DNA of 64,000 nucleotides, from the NCBI GenBank assembly GCA_031362565.1, contig JANLSU010000119.1:9970-73969 (forward strand). The letters run 5' to 3'. Shown here piece after piece: positions 17,455 to 26,074 of this stretch (the first letter of the stretch is position 1; each line of letters starts with the position of its first letter). Under the pieces are notes generated by a model that saw only the letters and a list, made by a program, of their open reading frames with translations, was not told the DNA's origin and ran no database searches. The translations under genes and the position numbers were made by a program. Source of the stretch: a bacterium (lineage in GTDB: Bacteria > Krumholzibacteriota > Krumholzibacteriia > G020349025).

Positions 17455-19488
17455 CTATCGAGTCGTACCGATCTCGATGCCGAGGGCCATTTGGCCGTCG
17501 CGCGCCCCGCGGGCAACATCCAGCCGGAGAAGTTCGTTCCGCCCCGGGAGCTGCAGCCGGAGTCCGGCGCCAAAGTCGGCCTGTGTGGCGGCCGAGGCGC
17601 GTTCGAACGGCGAACCGGGTCGCATGCCATCGACGAACGCGGCGAATCCGAGCGACAAGAGGCGGCGCGGCCAGGGCCAAACTTGCGTCTCGAGTCCGCC
17701 GTGCACGAGCTGGCGCGCGAACCCCTTGCCCGTCACAACCCCGCCGTCGAGCAGTGGATGGGCGCGCAACAGGAAGGTGCCGACCGGGCCCGAGCCCGCA
17801 TTGGGCCAGAGCAGAAGCGGCGCATTCGAGCTGGCGGCGGCTTCGCCCGCACGACAGAGAATCCGCACCGTTCGGCGTTCAGCGCTGGTGCTCGAGCACC
17901 AACTGGCGAACAGATTACCGGTGGCATAAGGTTCGCGGCCGTGGGTATTCCAGGCGCGCGACACGCTGCCGCGCAACACCAATCGCTCGTTCGCGGCGCG
18001 CCGTTCGAGTCCGGCCTCGGCGACGACATCTTTGCCACGGCCGCTCCAGTGTTCAAGCGCACCGGTCACATCCAAGTGCCAATCTGCGGTGGCCCATTGG
18101 CCGCAACCGATGGCACTGCGACGGCGAGTCACCAGGTCGAGTTCGCCTGGGGTTGCGTCCGCCAACCGATACGACTGGCGTTCCCAAAGCGCGTCGACGT
18201 GCCAGATCCCGAACGTACTCCAAGTCGACGGCACGTCGAGTCGCGCGGTGAACGCCGGCCGCTCTTTCCACCAGCGCCAGCTTGCACTCCACAGCTCGCC
18301 GTTGCCGGTTGGGGCGGCGAGTTCGAGGCGCAGCGTGCGCTCCGTGAGCGCGTGCACGGCGGCGGCGGGCAGAAAGGAATTGCCAGCGTTCCAACGCGGG
18401 CGCTCGAGCACGTTGACATTCACCTGCGCGGTGCCGCCGGGCTGTGGCACGTAGTCGATGTGGGCGATCTCTTGGCTTGGAAGCGACGCCAGCCGGCGGC
18501 GCGAACGGCGCAGAGACGCATCGGTCAACAGCGTGCCGGCCGGTTGATCGAGAAGACGCGTCACGACGTCGTAACGAGTCCGATCGAGCCCGTCGATGCG
18601 GGTCAGATCAACGCGCGGTTCGCGGATCTCGTTCCACGCCTCGAGCGCTGCAGCCGCATCGCCTTGCACGAAGCGCGCGGCAGCAAGAAGTTCGTACGTA
18701 TATGTGTCACCGGGCTGCAAGCGGGCGGCGCGCGCTGCCAGATCTCCAGCCTCGCGCCAACGCTTCTGACGGAACCGCACGCCCGCCAATTCAACGAGCG
18801 GCAGAGCTGCGACGGGGTCGGCCTCGACGGCTGTCGTGAGCCGTTGTGCCGCGGATTGGAGTTCGTCGTCTGGCACCAGGTACGCGTCGAGCGAGGATTC
18901 GCCGGAGGGGCGCTCGGGCGGCAGGATCAAGAGGCCCCAGCTCCCTGCATCGCGCCACGTACGCTGCAACTGCCCGGCATCGACAACGCGAAATGGTCCG
19001 CGCCCCGGGTCGTGCAACGCGAAACGATTGGAGCTCGCCCCGACCAGCACGACGTAGTGGTTGCCGCCGCCACTTTCACGCACGAGCGCCACGACCGGCC
19101 GGCCGCGCTGCAGTTGCACGCGGGCTTCGGCGAGTCCGCCGCTGAAGCGGAACGCCCGCCAACCGTGCTCGCGCACGGCACGTTCCAATGCGTTCGCCTC
19201 GATGCCGGTGCCTTTGGCATCCACCAGCGCGGCGAAATCCTCGGCGCGAACCGCAGGTTCACCCCAAAAGCGCATGACCATTGCCAGCGCTGCTCCACCG
19301 CAAAGCGCCGGACTCTGAGGCACGAACGGAACATCGAGCCAATGCACTCGCGCCGCCGTTGCGGCTTCTTTCGCCGTGGGCGCGTTCGCGGTTGCCGAGG
19401 ATTCCACCGGAGAGAGCGCCATCGGTCCGGCGTGGACCGCCGGCGCGAGAAGCCAGGCGGCCACGGCGAAGCGCCAGCATCGCCTCAT
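17455..19488 (-). CDS. Fusion protein: C39-like (papain-fold) cysteine peptidase, TPR, POTRA-like and Omp85-type beta-barrel
   Basis: - Start at ATG 19488 (MRRCWRFAVAAWLLAPAVHA signal), in an ATGA overlap with the upstream gene.
- C39-like block: VPQSPALCGGAALAMVMRFWG...GNHYVVLVGA...ALHDPGRGP.
- TPR-like block: RWREAGDLAARAARLQPGDTYTYELLAAARFVQGDAAAALEAWNE.
- POTRA-like block: LTRIDGLDRTRYDVVTRLL...IDYVPQPGGTAQVNVNVLERP.
- Barrel end: ADFGAGLRLQLPGRNELLRLDVARG, resembling the Omp85 surface-antigen motif. Confidence 0.7.
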   Translation of the reverse strand: MRRCWRFAVAAWLLAPAVHAGPMALSPVESSATANAPTAKEAATAARVHWLDVPFVPQSPALCGGAALAMVMRFWGEPAVRAEDFAALVDAKGTGIEANALERAVREHGWRAFRFSGGLAEARVQLQRGRPVVALVRESGGGNHYVVLVGASSNRFALHDPGRGPFRVVDAGQLQRTWRDAGSWGLLILPPERPSGESSLDAYLVPDDELQSAAQRLTTAVEADPVAALPLVELAGVRFRQKRWREAGDLAARAARLQPGDTYTYELLAAARFVQGDAAAALEAWNEIREPRVDLTRIDGLDRTRYDVVTRLLDQPAGTLLTDASLRRSRRRLASLPSQEIAHIDYVPQPGGTAQVNVNVLERPRWNAGNSFLPAAAVHALTERTLRLELAAPTGNGELWSASWRWWKERPAFTARLDVPSTWSTFGIWHVDALWERQSYRLADATPGELDLVTRRRSAIGCGQWATADWHLDVTGALEHWSGRGKDVVAEAGLERRAANERLVLRGSVSRAWNTHGREPYATGNLFASWCSSTSAERRTVRILCRAGEAAASSNAPLLLWPNAGSGPVGTFLLRAHPLLDGGVVTGKGFARQLVHGGLETQVWPWPRRLLSLGFAAFVDGMRPGSPFERASAATQADFGAGLRLQLPGRNELLRLDVARGARDGQMALGIEIGTTR

Positions 19489-19871
19489 CCCGCGAGCAGG
19501 ATCACGATAAGCAGGATGACGATCAGAGCCCCGGTCGTCAGATAGATCGTCGTGGCTCCACCGGCGAGCTGTGCTTGAGCACTCGCCGCCTGCGCTGCCA
19601 AGCGCTCGAGCTCCGGACCTTCGAGAGTCGTAGCTGCCGCTTTGGCGCGGGTCAGATCCAGGCCCGAGTTCGCCGCCAGATCGCGCACTTCCGGCCGTGA
19701 CAAGAGGCTTTGAATCGCGGCGCGCTGTGATGCTTGGTCGCTGACCCGGGTGGCGATCGCCACCTGCATCTCGGCGCGGCCGACCGTGGGCGCGATCTGG
19801 GCCGTGGCACGCCCGGCGCACAGGGTCGAGGCCAGAACGAGAGTCACCGAAAGAACCGATTGAATTCGCAT
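19485..19871 (-). CDS. Small exported protein with C-terminal membrane anchor, PA2779-like
   Basis: Signal MRIQSVLSVTLVLASTLCAGRATA. Helical Ala-rich middle (LTRAKAAATTLEGPELERLAAQAA). An A-G-G motif lies immediately before the C-terminal hydrophobic segment TTIYLTTGALIVILLIVILLAG. The layout matches my recollection of the PA2779 family, which pairs with a C39-like peptidase. Confidence 0.55.
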   Translation of the reverse strand: MRIQSVLSVTLVLASTLCAGRATAQIAPTVGRAEMQVAIATRVSDQASQRAAIQSLLSRPEVRDLAANSGLDLTRAKAAATTLEGPELERLAAQAASAQAQLAGGATTIYLTTGALIVILLIVILLAG

Positions 19872-19967
19872 TGCAAGGCTCCTTTGTTTCGAAGTCGCGC
19901 CGTCCCGAAGTCCTTTCGAGACCTCCGAGCGGATAGGGCAGTCGTTTCGTTCAGCCAGCCGCCTGCC

Positions 19968-20114
19968 TTACAGCGGCTTGCGTCCGGCAATGATGCGAAG
20001 CAAAACCACGACGACGGCGATCACGAGCAACAGATGGATGAGGCCACCGCCCACGTGGCCGATGAACCCGAGCAGCCAGAGAATGACTAGGACGACTGCA
20101 ATCGTGTACAGCAT
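19968..20114 (-). CDS. 48-aa two-TM membrane protein, lmo0937-like
   Basis: Not in the ORF track because it is under 60 aa. Reverse strand reads MLYTIAVVLVILWLLGFIGHVGGGLIHLLLVIAVVVVLLRIIAGRKPL with GGAGGTG 8 nt upstream of the ATG. The WLLGF...GGLIHLLLVIA pattern is typical of the lmo0937 family as I recall it. Confidence 0.6.
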   Translation of the reverse strand: MLYTIAVVLVILWLLGFIGHVGGGLIHLLLVIAVVVVLLRIIAGRKPL

Positions 20115-20168
20115 TTGAAATTCACCTCCGTCGCAACGTGCGTGACAACCACGCAGTTGGCTCGCGGC

Positions 20169-20381
20169 TTAGGCGCGGCGGCGGCCGGACGCCAGGAGCG
20201 CCACACCGCCGATGAGCGCGATCGCGCCGACGACCGGCGGAATCGGCACGCTCTTGTGCTCTGTTGCGGTGGCTTTGATCCCACCGACCTCGACGAGGGT
20301 GTGCTGGCGGTTGTATCCGAAACCGCCATACACGAGCGCCACAATTCCCACGATCACGAGTACGATGCCGAGAGTTTTCAT
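20169..20381 (-). CDS. 70-aa two-TM membrane protein
   Basis: AAGGAG 8 nt upstream of the ATG. Two hydrophobic helices (LGIVLVIVGIVALVYGGFGY and IPPVVGAIALIGGVALLA). ATGA overlap with the upstream XRE gene. Confidence 0.55.
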   Translation of the reverse strand: MKTLGIVLVIVGIVALVYGGFGYNRQHTLVEVGGIKATATEHKSVPIPPVVGAIALIGGVALLASGRRRA

Positions 20382-20752
20382 CCTGCACGCTCCTTTGATT
20401 GTTGTCGCCGCTCGAGAACTTTCTCGACAGTGCGCAGAATCTCGCGTGGATCTGCGCCGGATTGGCGCACGGTGCGCAGCAACGCCCCTGCTCCAGGTGT
20501 CGCGGCGGCCCAGGCGCGCGTCTTGGGATCGATCCCGGTGACGAGGCGCTCGAGGGATGCGAATGTCGCCCCGGCGCCGCGCAACTCGCGGGCGAGCTTC
20601 CGGAGTAGTTTCTCGGAGGGGCGGCGGCGGTCGTGTTCGACGTCGGACAGGTGCGCTGCCGAAATTCCGAGTTGGATCGCAAGCCCTCGTAAACTGATGT
20701 CGGACTGCAACCGGAGCCTGCGAAGTTCTTCACCGAGGAGCGGGGCGTTCAT
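20378..20752 (-). CDS. XRE-family helix-turn-helix transcriptional regulator
   Basis: LRRLRLQSDISLRGLAIQLGISAAHLSDVEHDRRRPS is a canonical Cro/C1-type HTH. Confidence 0.8.
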   Translation of the reverse strand: MNAPLLGEELRRLRLQSDISLRGLAIQLGISAAHLSDVEHDRRRPSEKLLRKLARELRGAGATFASLERLVTGIDPKTRAWAAATPGAGALLRTVRQSGADPREILRTVEKVLERRQQSKERAG

Positions 20753-20892
20753 GCCTGGACGTTAGCTTACATGGCGAACAGAAGCAAGATTTCGCGGTGT
20801 TACAAGTGATATTTGCGATTGCGGAAACGTCATGAATAGAAGTTCACACTGCGTTCACGCCGTCGGTTTCGTGAGCAACGCGTGACATTGGG

Positions 20893-20908
20893 ATGACAAA
20901 GTCGTCAT
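20893..20908. promoter_or_regulatory. Inverted repeat ATGAC-N6-GTCAT in the divergent, relatively AT-rich intergenic region; candidate operator
   Basis: ATGACAAAGTCGTCAT read directly from the sequence. It lies between the XRE gene (start 20752) and the TPR-phosphatase gene (start 20997). There is no evidence of binding. Confidence 0.2.
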
Positions 20909-20996
20909 AATTCAAAAGCGTTTGGACACCAAGCGGTGGTTTGCCGACAATGATGAGTTCCAGAGCACTACAGATCTCAGAACGAGGAACCACAGC

Positions 20997-23258
20997 ATGA
21001 AAACCATCCGCAGTGCCATGACGCGATTCGTCGTCGCAACCCTTGCCGGCCTGGCGTTGCTGGCACCTTTCAACCCGACCGCCGCTCACGGCCCGCTCGA
21101 AGAGCAGATTGCGACGGTCTCACAGGCGATCCTCGCACATCCGCAAGACGCCGCACTCTATTTGCAGCGCGGTGAATTGCGGCGGTTGGCGCACGACTGG
21201 GACGGCGCGCAAGGCGACTACGACCACGCCTCTCAGCTCGAGCCACACCGCTCCGAGACAGCGCTGTGCCGCGCGGCCTTGGCGCTCGACAGGGGTGACA
21301 ACGCGGCGGCGCTGCAAGAATTAAACGCGTTCCTCGCCGAACACCCCGGTCATGCCGAGGGATTCCTCCTTCGCAGCCGCGCCTGGCGCGCAGCGAGCCG
21401 CCTGGCCGAAGCCGTTGCCGATTTGGATCGGGCGATTGCGCTGCTGCCGAACCCGCGTCCGGAGCAGTATCTGGAGCGCGCGCGGCTGGTCGCGGGTGCG
21501 AATGGAATGGGCGTCGACGCAGCACTTCGCGGCCTCGACGCCGGAATTGAGCGGCTCGGGCCAATCGTGTCGCTGGAGTCGTACGCGATCGATCTCGAGA
21601 CTGCCGCCGGCAGGCCCGGTGCGGCGCGAGCGCGATTGACGCGGATCGAAACGCCGGCCGCTCCGCAACAGTCGCAGCGCGCCGCGATTGTCGCGGCATC
21701 CGGCACCGGTGCGGGCATCGCGGTCACGACTCTGACGCGCGCGCCCTATCTACAAGTCGGTACACCGACGAGCGTCGTTGTGCGATGGCGCACCGCCCTG
21801 CCTTCGGACAGCCGCATCCGCTACGGTGATGCCCCCGGAAGTCTTGGCAACTCTGTCGACGACCCGGCGCTCGTCACCGAGCACGAACTGATGCTCACCG
21901 CTCTCACGTCCGGCACCCAGTACTACTATTCCGTCGGCACCAGCACCGAGACTCTCGCCGGTGACGACGCGTCCCACTTCGTAGTCACGTCGCCGGTTCC
22001 CGGCGAGCGCACACCGTTACGCATTTGGGCGATTGGCGATTCGGGCCAGCCCGGCTCTTCGCAGCTCGCGGTGCGCGACGCCTACAGCACCTATACCGGC
22101 ACCCGCGGCACCGACGTGTGGCTCATGCTGGGCGACAATGCCTACAACACCGGCACCGACGCCGAGTATCAAGCGGGTGCCTTCGACCCCTACAAGACCA
22201 TGCTTGGCCAGTGCGTCCTGTGGCCGACGCGGGGCAACCACGATCTCGTCTTTGCGGGCGCCAACAACGACTACTACGACATCTTCACACTGCCGGCGTC
22301 GGGCGAGGCCGGCGGCATTGCCTCGGGCACCGAGGCTTACTACTCGTTCGATCACGGCAATGTTCACTTTGTCTGTCTCGACTCGGAAGGCTCGAGCCGT
22401 TTACCAACAGGCGCCATGGCGGTGTGGCTGTGTGCGGATCTCACGGCCAACCATCGTGATTGGACAATCGCCTACTGGCATCATCCGCCTTACACCAAAG
22501 GCTCGCACGATTCCGACAACAACAGCGACAGCGGCGCCCGCATGCGGGACATGCGCGCCACGTTCGTGCCCATCCTCGACTCGCTCGGCGTGGACCTGAC
22601 GCTGACCGGCCATAGCCACTCCTACGAGCGTTCGTTTCTTCTCGACCGCCACTACGGCGTGTCGACCACCCTCACACCGGCGATGATCTTGAACCAGGGC
22701 AGCGGCAATCCCGCCACCGACGGTGCTTATGCCAAGGCCACTCTGGGCTCCGCGTTCCATGAGGGCGCCGTGCACGTGGTCGCCGGCAGCAGCTCCCATA
22801 CGAGCGGCGGATTGCTCAACCATCCAGCGATGTTTACGTCGATGAACATTCTGGGATCGATGGTCGTGGACGTCGACGGACCGGCGTTGACGGCCCGCTT
22901 CGTGGACAACGCCGGCGCGGTCCGCGACTACTTCTCCATCGTCAAAACCACGGCCACGAGCACAGAGAGCGACTTGCGCGTCGATCTGCGTCTCGCGGCG
23001 GCGCACCCCAATCCGTTCATGGAACGGACGTATCTTTCGTACTCGCTGCCGGCCGCCGGATCGGTACGCCTCACGGTGCACGATGCCGCCGGACACCGGG
23101 TCGCGACGATCGTCGACGGTCACCGTCCAGCGGGCCCGCATGCTGTCGACTGGAACGGCCGCGACGAACGCGGCCGGCGTGTGGCTGCGGGTGTGTACTT
23201 CGCGCGCCTGCAGTTCGCGGGGGCGTCGCGCCTCGGCAAGATCGTCTTGTCGCAGTAG
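20997..23258 (+). CDS. Secreted TPR plus purple-acid-phosphatase-like metallophosphoesterase with FlgD-Ig/T9SS-like C-terminal domain
   Basis: Start reset to ATG at 20997 (MKTIRSAMTRFVVATLAGLALLAPFNPTAAHG). PAP N-terminal-like TRAPYLQVGTPTSVVVRWRT...TQYYYSVG. Phosphoesterase motifs IGDSGQPG, LGDNAYNTG, PTRGNHD, VCLDSE, YWHHPPYT and GHSHSYERS. Tail: HPNPFMERTYLSYSLP...LTVHDAAGHRVATI...VDWNGRDERGRRVAAGVYFARLQ. Confidence 0.85.
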   Translation: MKTIRSAMTRFVVATLAGLALLAPFNPTAAHGPLEEQIATVSQAILAHPQDAALYLQRGELRRLAHDWDGAQGDYDHASQLEPHRSETALCRAALALDRGDNAAALQELNAFLAEHPGHAEGFLLRSRAWRAASRLAEAVADLDRAIALLPNPRPEQYLERARLVAGANGMGVDAALRGLDAGIERLGPIVSLESYAIDLETAAGRPGAARARLTRIETPAAPQQSQRAAIVAASGTGAGIAVTTLTRAPYLQVGTPTSVVVRWRTALPSDSRIRYGDAPGSLGNSVDDPALVTEHELMLTALTSGTQYYYSVGTSTETLAGDDASHFVVTSPVPGERTPLRIWAIGDSGQPGSSQLAVRDAYSTYTGTRGTDVWLMLGDNAYNTGTDAEYQAGAFDPYKTMLGQCVLWPTRGNHDLVFAGANNDYYDIFTLPASGEAGGIASGTEAYYSFDHGNVHFVCLDSEGSSRLPTGAMAVWLCADLTANHRDWTIAYWHHPPYTKGSHDSDNNSDSGARMRDMRATFVPILDSLGVDLTLTGHSHSYERSFLLDRHYGVSTTLTPAMILNQGSGNPATDGAYAKATLGSAFHEGAVHVVAGSSSHTSGGLLNHPAMFTSMNILGSMVVDVDGPALTARFVDNAGAVRDYFSIVKTTATSTESDLRVDLRLAAAHPNPFMERTYLSYSLPAAGSVRLTVHDAAGHRVATIVDGHRPAGPHAVDWNGRDERGRRVAAGVYFARLQFAGASRLGKIVLSQ

Positions 23259-23273
23259 TCTCAGGCCAGAGAG

Positions 23274-23303
23274 TGCCCAAGGAGGCTCGTGCCTCCTTGG
23301 GCA
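23274..23303. terminator. Perfect 13-bp stem / 4-nt loop hairpin between convergent genes (bidirectional terminator candidate)
   Basis: TGCCCAAGGAGGC-TCGT-GCCTCCTTGGGCA lies between stops at 23258 (+) and 23315 (-). There is no U-tract on either side. Confidence 0.6.
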
Positions 23304-23314
23304 AGGCCGTCCGG

Positions 23315-24601
23315 TCAGATGAACCCGAGAAATGCCAGCAGATCCGAGCGCTGCTGCGGGGCCAGCCGTTCGAAGAGATCGCGCGCTCGCGCCGCCTCGC
23401 CGTCGTGAGCCTGGATGGCGTCGGCGATGCCGACGGCGCGTCCGTCATGCAAGTACGGTCCGCTCACCCTCAATCCCCACAGCGGTGCCGTCCGCATCTC
23501 GCGTCCCTTTGCCTGCCCCTGCTCGATCCCGTCGCCAAGTGACCCCATGTCATGCAGAAGAAGATCCGAGAACGGGAAGATGCGGCGGAAGGAGAGCGCC
23601 GCGACACCGCGCACTTCGCCGGTGATGAACGACGGCTGATGACAACGCGCGCACTGGACGCCGGCGAAAACGCGCGAGCCACGCACGACCGCATCGGTGG
23701 GTGGTCCAGCGACGGGTGGTGGTGCCAGAAAGCGCATGAAGTCCGCGAACTTCTCGACCCCGTCGCTCATACCGTTGCCGTCAAGATCCGCGTCCTCCAT
23801 TTCACTTCCAGGTGCGCCGTCATCACAGACGATCGCGCCACCTTGCGGGGCGCTTTCGTTCGGGAACAGGTTGTTGGTGATTCCCATTTCATTCAAGTAT
23901 GCGTCGCCGGCAAACGCCAACACCGAAGGCACCTGAGCCTTCCAGCCGAAGCGCCCGATTGCCAGGCGATTCGTGACCGGATTTGTGACCATGTTCGGCC
24001 TTCCCGAGATTCCGTCGCGATTCCGATCGTTCGGATCCGCCAGCGCACGCAGGGCGAAATCAGGGATCGCATCGAGCAAACCCAACCCGAAGAGCGGCGT
24101 CGTTTGGCGGCCCGCGACGATGTTCGCCTCGAAGGGCACGTGTTCGGTGGGCTGAGCACAGTCACCGTTCTTGATGCCTTGGGCTTGGATGAGTGAGCCA
24201 CCGAATTGCGACAGTGGGTTGAAGCTACCGTCGGCGTTGCGTTTGCCGAAGCGGGTTTCGATACCAGTGCCGGCGCCGCCGATCCCACCTTGGATGTGGC
24301 ATGCGACGCAACTCACATCGTTGAATACCGGCCCGAGACCGTCTTCCGGTAGTTCGATTTCTTCGAATTCGTCTTTGCCGGCGCCAAAACGCGATAGAAG
24401 TGCGGCTGGCAATCCCGGCAGTGGATTGCCAAAGTCCAAAGACGACGATTCGATCACCGCTTTTTCGCAGTCTTGGACGAGCAGAGCCTCGTCCGTGACG
24501 CCGGGCGTGTCGGCCTGTGGGTCGGGGGACACGGCGTCTTCGCCACATCCGGTACACCACAGGACCATCACGACCGCGACGCCAAAGCGCACGCGATGCA
24601 T
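23315..24601 (-). CDS. DUF1111-type di-heme oxidoreductase lipoprotein (cytochrome c peroxidase-like)
   Basis: Lipobox VLWCTGC. Two CxxCH heme motifs (CVACH, CARCH). Family-like blocks RFGWKAQVPSVLAFAGDAYLNEMGITN and TAPLWGLRVSGPYLHDGRA. Confidence 0.85.
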   Translation of the reverse strand: MHRVRFGVAVVMVLWCTGCGEDAVSPDPQADTPGVTDEALLVQDCEKAVIESSSLDFGNPLPGLPAALLSRFGAGKDEFEEIELPEDGLGPVFNDVSCVACHIQGGIGGAGTGIETRFGKRNADGSFNPLSQFGGSLIQAQGIKNGDCAQPTEHVPFEANIVAGRQTTPLFGLGLLDAIPDFALRALADPNDRNRDGISGRPNMVTNPVTNRLAIGRFGWKAQVPSVLAFAGDAYLNEMGITNNLFPNESAPQGGAIVCDDGAPGSEMEDADLDGNGMSDGVEKFADFMRFLAPPPVAGPPTDAVVRGSRVFAGVQCARCHQPSFITGEVRGVAALSFRRIFPFSDLLLHDMGSLGDGIEQGQAKGREMRTAPLWGLRVSGPYLHDGRAVGIADAIQAHDGEAARARDLFERLAPQQRSDLLAFLGFI

Positions 24602-25021
24602 GGCTTTCTCCTCGCAGTTGTTTCGCTACAGAGACACGTCGGCCATGCATTCTGCGCATGCTTCTGCGCTGGGGCACGGAAGCACGAGCGGTCACACCGG
24701 GGGCTTGGGGTTCGTGACGATTTGTTCATGTGCATGGGGCGTACCGCGGCGGCGGCAGACCGGGCGTTTCCGGCGCTCGTCGGTTCGAATTCATGACGTT
24801 GCGATGGAACAGCGAAGTCGCGACAGGCATAGAGCGCAGAACATCCGGTGGACTCGAACCTCGCCGCAGAAGCACGACAAAGAATCGCCGGTAAAGCATG
24901 TGTCGTGAATGACGCTGCCGCAGCGCCGGTGTGTCCCGATACACCCGGTGGATCACCCGAGAACGGCCTTCTGTGCGCAATCCGACCCGTGTCGTTCCGA
25001 CGCAACGATTTCAGACGCCGG

Positions 25022-25930
25022 TCAGCGGTACAGCGCCTTTACGGCATCCCAGCCGACGTGATTCGCGCTCAGCACATTGGAGGTCGTGAAGCTCCACACC
25101 GGACTCGTCGCCATGCCACAGTCGAAATCCGGCGTTTCGGAGACGCTCCAGTAGTACGTCGTTTCCGGCAACAGCGGCCCTGGATCGAACTGGAGTGGTG
25201 CTTCGAAATTGAGATACACGAGCGGCGGCGCGGGATCCGTGCCGAAGTGGATCGCGGCGTTCGCCGTCCCAATACCGCAGCACACGAAGCGCCCGACGAG
25301 TTCCCATGCGAGTTGCGCGTCCATCTCGACGTTCGTGGCATGGTCCGGCGGGCTTGGATTCGCGGGGCTCGGAATCCGTGGTCCAGGCGAGTAGTCGCCC
25401 CCGCCGACGCATTGTTTCGTGAACGTCGGCGCGTCGCAGAGTGTCACCAGCGGGCAATTGAAGTTCGGATTCCCCGGCGGAATGCGCCCATTCACGTGCA
25501 GCGTGAAGTCCGTCGGCGCGCCGGGAAGCGGTAGCAGGCTGACGGAGAACAGAGTCAGAAAGGCGCCATCGGCGGACTGACAGCCGGAGAAGGCCGTTTG
25601 ACAACCGTCTCCAAAGGGATCACCGATGGTGACATTCGCGAGCGGATTCGGCGTCGACGTGTGAAGATACTCCGGCGGAAGTCCGCTGATGGAAAACTCC
25701 GCACCCGAGATCCCGGCCGGCGAGCCGAGCTGGACGACGATGTAGTTCGATTGGCCGGGGCCGGTATTGACGTAGCAGTTGGTGCCATCGGCTGCACCGA
25801 AGACCGAAATCGCGACGCCGGAAGCCTGGGTTGGAACGGTGGCAGACACGAACAGAGCCACGCCGCATACGAGCCACGCACTCCGTTGTGAAACGTGCAG
25901 AATGGTGCGGCGAATGCGCCATCGGGTCAT
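25022..25930 (-). CDS. Secreted hypothetical protein with FN3-like domain, ending in W-D-A-V-K-A-L-Y-R
   Basis: Start reset to ATG at 25930 (GAGGTG upstream; signal SAWLVCGVALFVSATVPTQASG). FN3-like block: PSPPDHATNVEMDAQLAWE...IHFGTDPAPPLV...ETTYYWSVSE...SPVWSFTT. Confidence 0.6.
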   Translation of the reverse strand: MTRWRIRRTILHVSQRSAWLVCGVALFVSATVPTQASGVAISVFGAADGTNCYVNTGPGQSNYIVVQLGSPAGISGAEFSISGLPPEYLHTSTPNPLANVTIGDPFGDGCQTAFSGCQSADGAFLTLFSVSLLPLPGAPTDFTLHVNGRIPPGNPNFNCPLVTLCDAPTFTKQCVGGGDYSPGPRIPSPANPSPPDHATNVEMDAQLAWELVGRFVCCGIGTANAAIHFGTDPAPPLVYLNFEAPLQFDPGPLLPETTYYWSVSETPDFDCGMATSPVWSFTTSNVLSANHVGWDAVKALYR

Positions 25931-26074
25931 GACGACACCTCGCTTTACAACAGCGCCGGGGCGCCGGGGTGATGCAGGTGGGTGAATTGTACTCCCGCCG
26001 CCGGGTCGCAGCAAGACGGCGCGAAGCCGATGGTACTTCGTGGAGCGTTGGGCCTGGCCCGTGCGGTGATCGCT

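Noticed and set aside
17446-19545. Very long ORFs in the track on the strand opposite to, or in other frames of, confident genes. Examples: 17446-19545 (+), 30361-32184 (+), 41126-43069 (+), 56563-58677 (+), 44522-46174 (-), 46038-47345 (-), 54251-55165 5' part.
   Set aside because: Their translations are Arg/Ala/Gly/Pro-rich low-complexity strings with no recognisable motifs. They overlap genes with clear domain signatures. This is typical of shadow ORFs in high-GC DNA, where stop codons are rare.
24782-24865. tRNA-like T-loop motifs (GGTTCGAATTC at 24782-24792 on the plus strand; GGTTCGAGTCCACC as the reverse complement of 24847-24860).
   Set aside because: The flanking bases do not form a 5-bp T-stem, and no complementary acceptor stem or anticodon arm is found at the expected spacing. 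It is probably chance, or at most a decayed fragment.
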